The notes under the pieces: model-generated
What the model was told of the DNA's origin: nothing
The model's database searches: none
Seen by the model: only the letters and a program-made list of their open reading frames with translations
Assembly (NCBI GenBank): GCA_030141605.1
Contig: JAQGDQ010002373.1
Span: 405,921 to 469,920, forward strand
Direction of reading: 5' to 3'
DNA: 64,000 nt
Origin: Tubiluchus corallicola
Taxonomy: Eukaryota > Animalia > Priapulida
Shown: one piece after another, positions 44,601 through 56,600 of the stretch
How the letters are laid out: every line of letters starts with the position of its first letter
Numbering within the stretch: position 1 is the stretch's first letter
Made by a program: the position numbers and the translations under genes

Positions 44601-47600
44601 AAGAATGTTAATATAATAAAAAAATTTAAATGAGTTTGATGGAATTTCTGTGTTTGATGGGAAATGTATAGCAAGTGTGCCTTGAATTTCTGATCTCTAA
44701 TTAAGATTAGGTGAAGTAGATGCATACAAAGTAGATGTACACTGACTGGACACATTTTTCACTACTTGCTTACTTTCACTAATCCACAATATTATAACGC
44801 CGAAAATTAAATGCTTTAAAAAATGCATTATTTTGACTCATTATTTGACACTTTTCGTAAATTGTCATAATATTAAACAAGCAAGAAGGCAAGTTAATTG
44901 TAAACTGAAGTGTTTTTAAGCAAATATTTGTTGTTGACAGTTATCACATAATTTAAGTGTTTCTGTTTTATAAACGACTGTTTCCAGTACCTCAAAGTTA
45001 CAACTTAAGGAACAATATAAGATCATATTGTGCTCAAAATGTAATAATCTGCCATAGAATACAAGCAAAAAAGCATACTGCACCAATTAACTGACTAACT
45101 AATTAAAACAAACATTACTTGATACATGTCAAGAAACTGGACAAATTCCTCCAATGACCAGTTCAAAAGAAACCTTAGTTGGATTGACATGAGAGAATCT
45201 GCACATCTGAAGAACTCCTCAACTAGCTCTCTGCATCCACCTCTGCGACGCGGAATCAAATCACTCCACCGATCAGCAAGTTTGCGAAACATTTCTGCAC
45301 AGTCAGGAATCCACCTGAAATGATGTATAAGAAAGGTTTAGTCACGAATCGCTTACGACGCTCAGTTATGCTTTGTTTAAATACTTCGGCACAGTGCAAG
45401 TTGGGATTCGGCATTCAAAGGCATGGCTTACTCAACGAGATGTTTATAGCATGACTATCACTGAGTTCACTTGCAAGCATATCCTCTCTAAGACGAACTA
45501 CTCTAAGACTGTACATACAGTAAAACCTCCTTATAACACCCCCTTTATAATGCCAACCTTGCTTAATGTCCAAATTATTAGCAAAACAAAACATCTGCAT
45601 TTGCATAGACATGTAGGTATTAATGCACCTTGTTATAATGCTAAACAACTTATAATGCCAATTTTTTCAGTTCCAAAGTAGAGAGTATAAAGAGATTTAG
45701 CTACACCTCCTTCTAAGAGGTATGCAGCTAAGGTAAACCTAACACTGCCACATACCACCCAGATGTGCTGCGTATGGTAGAGATGAGCATTGAATTTGAA
45801 TTAGTTCGAATTCAATTTGAACCTAAAATTATGGATTTGAATAGCACTTCAACTACATATGTTGTTTACATTTAAAACATTTGAAACAGCACACATTCAG
45901 TATAATTTAGCTGTGATTTCTGTGCATGGAAGGAGTTTAAAATTCCCCACACAATTTAAATACCCTAACACTGTCCCTAATGCTAAGCCAACCCTAACCC
46001 TAACCCTAGCTCTAACCCTGATCCACTTCATGAACTAATTTTTTTTGTGTGGGGAATTGTAAACCCCTGTGTCCAATTTTTAAACAGATTATTAGTGTTT
46101 TTACCGTAGAGTAAAAAACAACTAACATGCATGTTCTTTCTGAGACCACTTTTTATTAATGATTTGAAAATTTATTTTAAAATCTTTATTGCTGAATTTG
46201 AATTCGGTGCAGACTGGAAATCTCGAAATACTGTTTGATTCGAATTCAAAAGTCATAAATTTGATTTGATTGAAGTTCGCTTTCTGGTAGAGAATGCTCA
46301 CCTCCTACTATCTACGACTACGATTACTACGACAAGAATGTACGACTACTATCCACTGAGCCATTGAACCCATCACATAAATATCATAGGCTGACAGCTA
46401 ATGCTTCATAAAACATTTTCTTAAAAAGACAACGGACAATATTTGTTCTTGGGTGAGACTTTGATTTATCAGTATTCTAACTTTTTCTCATATGTCATCC
46501 CAATGTTAATGTAAAAGTAAAAATAAGTGTTTATTGAGATGAAAAAACATGTGGATGGACTACACCTGATGACTGCACACAAAACTAACTCACAGAAAAG
46601 AATAAGAGATGTTCAACGGATAAATTACATTATGTTTGTAATTGTCAGCATGTTTATAAACAACTGCAGTTTACTTTACCAATTATTACTGATAGTGAGT
46701 AATGAGTTGCAGAAAGGAGATGAAAAATTGTGGACCAGTCGGGATTTGAACCAGAGACCTGGGATTAGTACTCGCGTGGTCTGCCAGGTGCGCTAAGGAT
46801 GTCATCCATGTGACGCACCTGGCGCAATTGAGCAGCTGTTGACTTTTTTTTGAATGCTGTACCAGAACAATACGAATTTTCTTAACAAGACATTTTTACG
46901 AAAAGCTACAACAACACACAGCAGACAACATGGACTAGTAAAAAAGTAACAAAAAATATATATAAAAATATAAGAATACAATGATAGTTCACAAATTACA
47001 AAAAGTTGAACTCAAATCAAAATGTATTTAACTCTTGTTGTTGATTAATTGCATTATTAACCCAAAGTGTTTTTATCATTACATAACAATTTTGACTTGT
47101 TTTTCACATAAAATCAAAGTGCTATTTATAGTTTATACAAGATTGACTCTATTTGTTGCCCACTGATTTATAGTACATGTATATTCTTTATTTTGGACAA
47201 CAATACTAAATTAAATTAGTAATTAGTAATGTTGCTTGTAGGAGTTATGCTCCCAAATTAGACTTGAAAGTCATCAGAAAATTGCATTAACCAGCAAAAT
47301 GTCTAAGTCTGATAAAATAAACCAGTGAATCTCACACAGTTATTTGTAAATTTATTCAAGGAAAATACGGTTAAAGTATACATGTCAATCTAAGAACATA
47401 ACTAATTGACAAATATAATTTTTCAATGAGTTTACAAAAAGTATTCCCTAGTGTTCCGAGTCGAACACGGTAATCAGGCTGTCGATGTTAGTCTTGATGA
47501 TTCTGGAGATCTAGTTTGCCTTCTACAATGGTGTTGTAACCCACTAGGTGTGATTTTATGGAAAATATCTTCATCTGACAGCTCAAAAACTTTTTCAGCC

Positions 47601-50600
47601 CTCAATTCTGAATGCTTAGCCTCTCTCAAGTTGTTAACATCCTCCTTATCCCATTCAAATATACAAGTTGCAAACTTGCTCATAGACAGCTTGTATAAAA
47701 GGTGGCTTTCTGTACTACATGCCAAAGCAATGCGACACATTAAGTGGCAAATGTGGAGTCTAATTTCAAGATCTTTCCATTCAGCAAAATGTTTCTTGAA
47801 TGACGAAGGCCTGCTACAAGCCAAAAGCAGTCCCGATTAACGTATAGCAAGCATGGTGGCAATGCTTGCGCAACTTCACAACGCTTGACCAAGCCACAAC
47901 GCTTGACACACTGTTTCTAGTATGAGCCTTTTTCCACCTGTCAGGACTGACATCAAGATCTCACCATGCTCATTGCCAACATTAGTCGACCTCACTGACG
48001 TACCTGCAGCCGCACCAGCTAGCTTGTGAGTAACCTGCAAAGAATCACAGTCATGAAGTCTATAATCAATAGCAAGGTATACATAAATTGTACACCATTT
48101 AAAGCAGCAATGTGCATTTGGCAGCAGTAGTTAAGCAATACTCAGGTTTGACAGTATATGGATGGGCGACTATTGAGTTAAATACTAGCTCTGAGCAGCT
48201 TTATTCACTTTACTCATTCTGGTTGTTAGCCTTATTCAGAGATGCTGTCTCTGTAGCTAAACATAGTCAATACACCTCATTTTAGGGCATTAACCTTAAT
48301 AAGTTCCACCATAAGCCTCCAAGTCCCACCAGAACAATTCACAGTAAGTTGTCACTTGAAACTGTGAGTAGCAAATGTCACTTAAAAATGTTCGCAGGCT
48401 AAAGAATTTGTTGTGAGATCAATTTTGTCATCTCCAAAAAAATTCGAATGCCCCATTTTCTTTATGTTGTTGACAAAATTTTAACCTAGTCAGTGCTTGC
48501 TATGATGAATGGTAGATTTAAATGATTTCACATCAGTGCTACCGTAAAGCTGCAAAATTAATTGTGGCCATCGTTCCTACAAATGGATTATAAAACAACT
48601 TAGTTTACCTGGCAGCAAAGACACTCTGTGCCAATGTCCAATAGACGTGGATGTCCAACACTTGCCAACTTAGTTTGGATGAGGTAGGTAGAACCAAAGG
48701 CTATTCTGCTGCTTCTTTAAAACAGCTTCACAAGTCTTTCAAAGGTTACCTTCAAACAGAGCCTTGGGCAGCCACTAGTGGTTATATTCTGGTAAATAAT
48801 TGGCCCAAGCTTCTGGCAATATCAGCTCTGTTGCCTTTGCATCACTGGATCATGAAAATAACCGATTTTAATGGATGGAAATTAAAGCACCTAATAAAAC
48901 TTATTTCATTTGCTACCTTGCAAAAAGCAAAAGTCTATAGAGAGCAGGGATAAAAAAGCCAAAGTTTATACATGCAGTAACATGTTCCACCTATTATTAA
49001 TTTACATAATTTGATGAGTTTGGCAGTATGCTACTAGTTAATCATGTAATTTGCTTATAATGCTGGTGTTATTACTAATACACAACAAAAGTTTATTACA
49101 TCAGTTATGCTACAAAAAGCAAATTTTGGAGGATGTAGTGTTGTGATTTTTTGCTAACTAGCTGTGTTTCTGAATAACCTTGGAAATTTAACTCAAACGA
49201 CAGAAATCAGATTCTTAGAATTCATACTCTCAGAAACATAAAATTTAACAGTTAACACACTTGACTGAAGAAACAGCGGTTTCCGGAATAGGTAAACTCC
49301 TTGTTGCTGGTATCTTAGCAATTTAGATAACATAGCAACTTACCAATTAGAAGTTGGGTTACTCTATTTTTGGTTACGTTATTTGCTAGTTGAGTTAGCA
49401 ACATAGCAATTAGCTGCCAAAATTTATGCAGGTCTTTAAACTAAACAGACAATAGTAATAATAATAAATTTTATATTTACCAATTTGAGCTTCTACTTCT
49501 TCTAAGGTCAAGAAAAAGTTTCATTTGCAGGCTGCAGTGAAGCACCAATAGCAGAAAACGGCCTGCATACCACAGGCTCAAATGCAACACCCTTGGTTAT
49601 TGTAGCCTCATGATGTGTGACTGCCTATATAAAGATGTATTTTTCAGTGCTAAGTTACAAGAAGCTGAGGAAAAATTCCAGCACTTATAAAAACAGCACT
49701 AGCTAAGGATGAGGTCAATACTAGTCACTCACTTCTTTCTTCTTCTCCCCATCTACCTATACTTTTTGCTACTTCATCCATCACAAGTGGAAAGTGTCTG
49801 AGGAATTCCTCCAAGCAATTTTTGTTTGCTGTAAGTTCATCAGGTTCCTTGGGCCTACGTGATTTCATTTCGACCTAAGAGAAATAGACTGGTCATTCCT
49901 GATATTCCAAAAAATCTCTCTATTAACAACTAAAATAAATAAAAAGCCATCTCACTTTGAAAAAGTTAAGAAACACACCAGTTTAATGAAATAGTAGTAA
50001 TGAAAACAAAAAATACTAAATCCCAAATTTTATTAATTTTTGAACTGCAAAACTTACCTGCACACAATCAATCATTCTGCATTGACATAATTGCAATTAC
50101 AAAATCAATACAGTGTAGAATAGCTAATTTAAAATAAAAACCTATATTCACATTACCTAGTATACCTATCAATTGTGAGCTAGCTCACCACGTACACAGC
50201 ATAAAGTGCATCATTCTGCAGAAGCCATAAGAATGTGTGGCCTTCATATTTGCCAAAATGAATTCTCATGCAGCTCAACACCCACTCTCTGTTGGCAGGA
50301 TCACCACCTTCCTTTAGAATTTGCTTTTTAGCAAGAACTTCTGCCACATGTCAGAGTCTGGTGTTGATGTTGTGAGTGGCTGTTGCCTGCACTTCTTTTC
50401 ATGGGATCGTGCAACACTAGTAGCATGGAAGTTTAGTCAAGGTTGTAGAGGTAGTTTGCGACTCTAAAAACACCACAAAGTACTACCTTTTTAAAAGCAG
50501 GTCGCATGTTTTAGATATAACAGTTTGCAATTGTTTACACATTTTTTTAAATCAACGATTTTTAATTCTGATGTTGCATATGGATTCGATTAAATAAATC

Positions 50601-53600
50601 ACTACGAAAGCGCTTAAATAAATTTTTAAGGCGGCGGGAAACTACAAAAATCCACTGAAGATTAGTGAGGATGCATAAGACACACGGAAAATCAATTCTA
50701 AAGGAGTTGTCCATGTTTTGACAGCTCCTAAGCATATTGATACTGATACAAATGGTGACATTAATGTTGGTGTTAGAAAAAATAGTATTAGTGGTTTTTG
50801 GGCGATGGACATTTTGTCAGATTCCTTCATTCACAAATATATAGCATAGAATCATGCTGGGAACCAGTTAAGAATGCCTAGTACTAACAGAAATGTAGGA
50901 CAAAATGATAACAACAGTAATAGTGGGTTAACCGTTCTTGCAATAATTAACAAATTATTGCATGAGCTCTTTTGAAGGTTAGTTATGTTAATTGTATTTG
51001 ATGCCGATAGGTGTCAGCACTTGGTTGGGGCTGATTTTGGTCTTAATAAAGTGTCTTTTTATGTTGTCATTTTTAACTTTTTGTATGCTGTGTTATCAGT
51101 TTTCATGGCAGCAGAGAGTAGTTCAGCTGACAACATAAGTGCTGCCAAAAATAACTGATAAATTTTTAAGAAGGCAGGAAACTACAAAAATCTGACGAAG
51201 TTTAGTAAGGACGCATATGACACACACAAAAAAATAAATTGGAAATATGGCGGTTAGTAACTGAACTTGAGGCGAAGAAACAAGCATTAAGTGGTGACAT
51301 TAACCTTAACTGGCAAGGCCAGAGAAGCGGCTTTAAGCATCAGAGTTGAAAATTTAAATAAGGTGGATGGTATGACGACACTTCTTAGTACATTGGATGG
51401 AGTGTTTTTAAAAGAGAGCAAGGATAGTACTTATGACGCATATAAAAACTTTGATGGTATGATGCACTCATACAAAACAGTGAACTTATCGGCAAAAATT
51501 GGAAATACGAGCTGTAGGATTGCAGCCGAAGTAGTAAAAGCTGACATTCCTCTGTTACTTAGCAAATCTTCTTTAAAGAAAGCTGGAACTGTACTAGATT
51601 TAGCAGTGATGTTTCAAGAACCAATACATATGTGGTGACATATGATATAAGTAAACAAGAAAAAACTAAAGTTAAAGCAACTGAAGATCCACGTTAATGC
51701 ACGTTAAAATCCACACCTGATGGAATAGTGCCAAAAGCTAGAATAGTAGTGAGAGGATTTAAAGAGTTTAATGTAGACATACAAAGAGACTCTTCTACTT
51801 GTGCTTATGAATCACTGAGAGTAATAATTGCAATTTTTGCACTCTGTAGATGGAAGATGAACTCAATGGATATCAAAACTGCTTTTCAGTGGATATCAAA
51901 ACTGCTTTCTACAATGAGAAATGATTGATAGGGATGTCTACATAAAACCTCCAAAAGAAGCTAGCCGTGAATGAACTTTACGACAACTCAATAAATGTGT
52001 TTATGGTATCACAAATTCATCATTACAATGGTATCGCAGAGTCCAAGCTGTTATGAACAAGTATAATGGAGTTATGTCAAAGATGAATCCTACAGTATTT
52101 AATTGGACTAATAATGCTGAAACGGTGACTGGCATAGTAGCTTGTGCTTTATTTGCGGTGGAACCACAAATTTTGAATCCATGATCATTAGTAAGATCCA
52201 TGCAGCATTCAAAGTAGGCAAAGAGGATAGTGATGCCTTTAAGTACTGTGGCATTAGTCTTTCATCTGATGGCAGTAGTAACATATACCTTAATCAAGAC
52301 AGTTAAACTGACAGCTTACAGAAAAGGATTACTAGCTGATTGCTTAACTAAGCATGGTGCCTCCACAGAAAAGGATTACTAGCTGATTGCTTAACTAAGC
52401 ATGGTGCCTCCACTGTTGCATTACGCAAAGCACTTCAGGATGGAACTGTACCTTTAAGTGTTATAACTTGAAGTATTGTACCTTAAAGCCAATTGTATTA
52501 AGTACAAAATGTTTTTTAAAGAAACCAAAGCAACAATTTTTTGTGAAGTCGTAACATTAACATTTATTTATTATTTTCACTAAACATTCGTGTTATTATT
52601 TACTTGAAATTTTAACTAACTTTCATTGTGCTGTTATTATGATTACACTTTTCATTACATGATACATACCAGACTTTTGTAGTCATTAACATTTTAAATA
52701 ATATGAACACCCTTAAAAAATGCTTGGGAATTTGTTAACTGTATTTGATGCTGATAGGTGTCAGGGTTGGGGGTGTAATTTGCCATGATTTTGGTCTTAA
52801 TATAGTGTCTTTTTATGTTGTCATTTTTAACTTCTTGTATGCTGTGTTATCAGTTTTCAGTTAGACTAGTTAAATGGAATGTCAGTTAGTTGAAATGCTT
52901 AAATTAAGACTTGAATTTTAAATAGAGTAGTAATCTTACTCTGTATAGTAGTATAACTACTAGCGTCTTCTTCTGGTCACATGTTCACTGGCTTACCGTA
53001 ATGCTAAGCAGAAACCCGAGTGCATACTGTACAAAACTCTGATATACTTTTTGACACAAAAAAATTCAAAGTAATTTCGAAGTTTGTCAAAATTACGACT
53101 GTTTTCACACACTATAAAAATGCTCCTATTATGTCAGAAAGACACGAGGAAGGAAAGAGGTACCTATAGCAACAGCGTAAATAAAGTGCAGTTTGTGTCG
53201 CCACACTTCACTGGCTAGCGGAGTGCTCAATTTCAGATAATACTACTTAGTGATTGGTAAACTAGCGCTCAATTTCAGGTGCTTAAATTCATAAGCTGTT
53301 TAGTGATCGGTCAATGAGTGCTCAATTGCTCAAATGTTGACAGTCTTACAGCTTGGCACCAATGCTACCAGTCAATATGACTGATTCAGCCTGAGATTTC
53401 CCCCTTGTAGCTCACAATCCAACAGCACCAGCTGTACTCATGACAGTAGGGGGATATTTATGGCATCAACAGTATTCTCAAATTAAGCTAAACTTTGAGA
53501 TAGAAAGCTCATATTCTGCATTATTCCACACACAAAAAACTTTTGTACATATCCTAAATAATATTTGTTATTTAAATATCTGTGATTATCGTAAATAACA

Positions 53601-56600
53601 GCTCATACTCCGTTAGAAGCCTTGTTCGAGTTTCATTGCAATAGGATTCGATTAGCTTCTGAAAATTGCTTGGTTGGAGTGGTAATTCTGACTCCTCTAG
53701 TTGTTTGCAACTAACGAACCTCAATTTTATATACCTACAATTGCAAAACCTATTGTTTACTTTATTTTAAATGCAAATGCATTTAAATCACAATAACTTG
53801 TATTGTAATCATTATGCAAAATCAGTTTATGGCATTTTTCTGGTAAGATGACACTATCACACTTTCTCTATGAAATAGTAACATTATTAAACATCCGTCA
53901 TTTGCAGTCTTTAAGTTTAGAAGAAATAAGATTGCCATATGGACAAACAGTACATCATGGTTATTTTATTGACAGCTTGCAAAAAACTTGATTGACAATA
54001 AACCAATATAAAACAACATTGCTGGCATCAGCAAAAACTTGTAAAGCCTAAATAAAAATAATGCAGATAATAAATCATTTGTTTATTAATATGGTTGTTA
54101 ATCGTCTTTTGTATATTTTTATCAGCTGTATTAATCAAGCCTCACAGTTTAGTGCTGAGGAGTGAGGATGGCACCAGCAATAGCAAGAAGTACAGTTTAT
54201 TAATTACTATTCAATCACACAAAAGTATGAAAGCATTAAATTAAGTTCACCGGGACTTGTATGCAAAATCTTCTACTTTCTTTTCTAGTTTGCAAGTAAT
54301 AATAAAATAACTATGCTGTTATCAATACTAGTTATGGCAAACTGATAATTTTCCCAACCTGCTAAGAAGATTGAAATGCTCTATGGTCAAATTTAGTGAA
54401 ATCTGACTGTGAAATTGCATAAAAACCAAGAGATATGTCAGATAGCTTATTTCAATGATACTAGACTGTAATTATAAGCAACTGCGTTAAAGAATGAAAC
54501 AGTAAATAAGAAGGTACCTATTTCGTCACCATGTTTCCAATATTTGGTTAAAATTACAACAGTTTAGGCTGCAGGCAACAATATTTAAAGCTGTTATATA
54601 ATAAAGAAAAATCAATACTTAAAACTATTTTACTTACTTTTCATTAAATAAACGCTGTAACTCTTGCATAACTACATTAGAAGCAAATAAATGTATCTCC
54701 ATTAAGAGCTTTGACTCGTGATATGATTCATGCCATGGCACAGGTGCACGAATCACCCTGAAATGGTATAACTACTAGTGTAACAAATGAAGTATGTGGT
54801 CGCAACCAATGAGCATTCCCTGTCCAGCCATAATGCTAGAATAATTACCACTTTCTCATACAGTCACTGAATAATAAAAAACACATTCAATTAAAACCCA
54901 GTTGGACTTTATGATTATTTGTTTAATTTGAATTTCGTCTTGTTAAGTTAGCATTTTGCATTCCACGAGGATAAACAACAGCTACTAACACACTATTTTA
55001 AATCTAATATAAATTCCAGCAGAGGCAAATTGATAATATTGAAAAAAGTTTATTTAGGAGTAAGCTAGTTCCACATCATCAAATGCATATAATTGAATAT
55101 GATAGGATTTCCTGTCATCATCCAAGTTATATTCTGAGTTGGCGATAAGAGGCATTAATTATGTTGCTATAATTTTTACAATTAAAATTCACAATAGTTT
55201 TTTTCAAATTGCACTGTGAATTACTTATTGTATGGTTCACAATGCCTCAAGGTAACTAGCACTATATATTAATTGTCAGTAGCGGCCTAGCGTCAGGAAA
55301 ACTATTATAAATGTTGTACATACTCTATTGTAATGTAAGAAGAACCCACATTCACAAAATGTAGATGCTGCCAAAGTGAGAGCAATGACAGCAACCAAAG
55401 TAATACCAACCAAAATTTCAACATTTGCTTCTTCAGCAGTTTATAAATATGTTTTTCGAGAAGAAAATGCAAATTTTTTGTACTTTTTTTATACAATTTC
55501 ATGCACTGCAAGCTGGAACCCAGTGTTTAACAGCAGGATCTACTCAACGAGATATTTGTAGTGAGATTGGAGCCTGCCTCATTATCAAGGAAGTCCTTCT
55601 ATGTTGTTTTGAGCCATTTAACTGGCAGATGTGTCACAGCTACGTTCGCAATATATCCTCCTTCTATGAGGTAAACAGCCAGTAGTTTATGAATGGTACT
55701 GCCCAAAGTGAGCTAGTTTTCAACACACGCCATTTGCATGAAAGCACCCATCCAGTCAGTCACAAACAATGTCACTCAACAAAACTAATGAAGAATGAAG
55801 GTGAGGAAGTAATACCTGTCTGGGAACGGAATTGGCAGTTCGTATATCTGCAGTCTAATTCGTTCTATCTCATCCATCAAAATATAATCCACTAATTCAA
55901 ATAAAAAGAACTAAAATAAAATATTCGGCACATCTGCTGTAAAAACAATAGGCATATCAGTGAACATATTTGCTTTCCACTGCAATTTCAAGCCAAGATG
56001 AAAAAGTAAAAAAGTTCAAATTAACAACTATTCAATTAAAAATGTGTTTAACTGATTATAAAATAACAACCACTTTTCCATTTAAAAAGTTAACGTTTTT
56101 CATTTGTACAAAACAGTTATATTTTGCGAGTAAAAAAGCATTTTGCCAGGAAGCTGCCTTTGCTGATCTTCGTAAATGAATTAATTGACAAATATGTGAA
56201 TATTCTGGTATCAGTTAACTAATGTGTATATACACCAATTGGTAAGCTTCTTTTCTCATAAAAGAATAACGCACAAAATCAACATTGTTACCCAATGCAA
56301 TGTGGAGATTACCTATGGCTTTTTTCACACTAAATTTGTATCGATCGTTCAGTTCAGCAGCAAGTTTTGCATGAAGCTTCTTCTGTTTGCCCACAGGAGG
56401 CACACTGTTTCCTAAGCGCAACAATGCATTCTGCATCAGTTCCAGTGGCTGAACTGCTAGATCACTGTCACGCACACCTTCATTAATATAGTAACAATAC
56501 CGCTAAAAACACAAAAAGTCATGATAAGCGAAAACCCTACATTTCACAAATGTGGTTTACCAAATGACCTTGAAAAGTTTTATACATATTGATATTAAAG

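Larger units (their letters stand above)
50986..52859 (+). mobile_element. Internally deleted Ty1/copia LTR retrotransposon (GalEa-like) with both LTRs
   Basis: LTRs 50986-51105 and 52733-52859 (TG...CA); TGG-initiated PBS-like sequence; gtta on both flanks; gag [21 protein letters not shown] / MDIKTAF, RNase H LADCLTK fragments. Confidence 0.85.
46771..53358 (-). mobile_element. Degenerate Dada-like (DUF6729-type) DNA transposon inserted into a tRNA-like sequence
   Basis: Imperfect terminal inverted similarity (tgccaggtg..taaggatgtca..gcaattgagcagctgttgac vs tgccaagctgtaagactgtca..gcaattgagcactcattgac); minus-strand transposase fragments; flanks rejoin into a tRNA-like sequence. Superfamily name is from recalled motifs. 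Confidence 0.65.

Noticed and set aside
46731-46770. Functional tRNA gene
   Set aside because: Only a 3' half with a B-box-like motif; the 5' half is 6.6 kb away and the rejoined stems do not form a proper cloverleaf.
48609-48890. Exon-like segment as an extra dynein exon
   Set aside because: Contains stops and frameshifts and matches the transposase family; dynein exons 7 and 8 join directly in phase.
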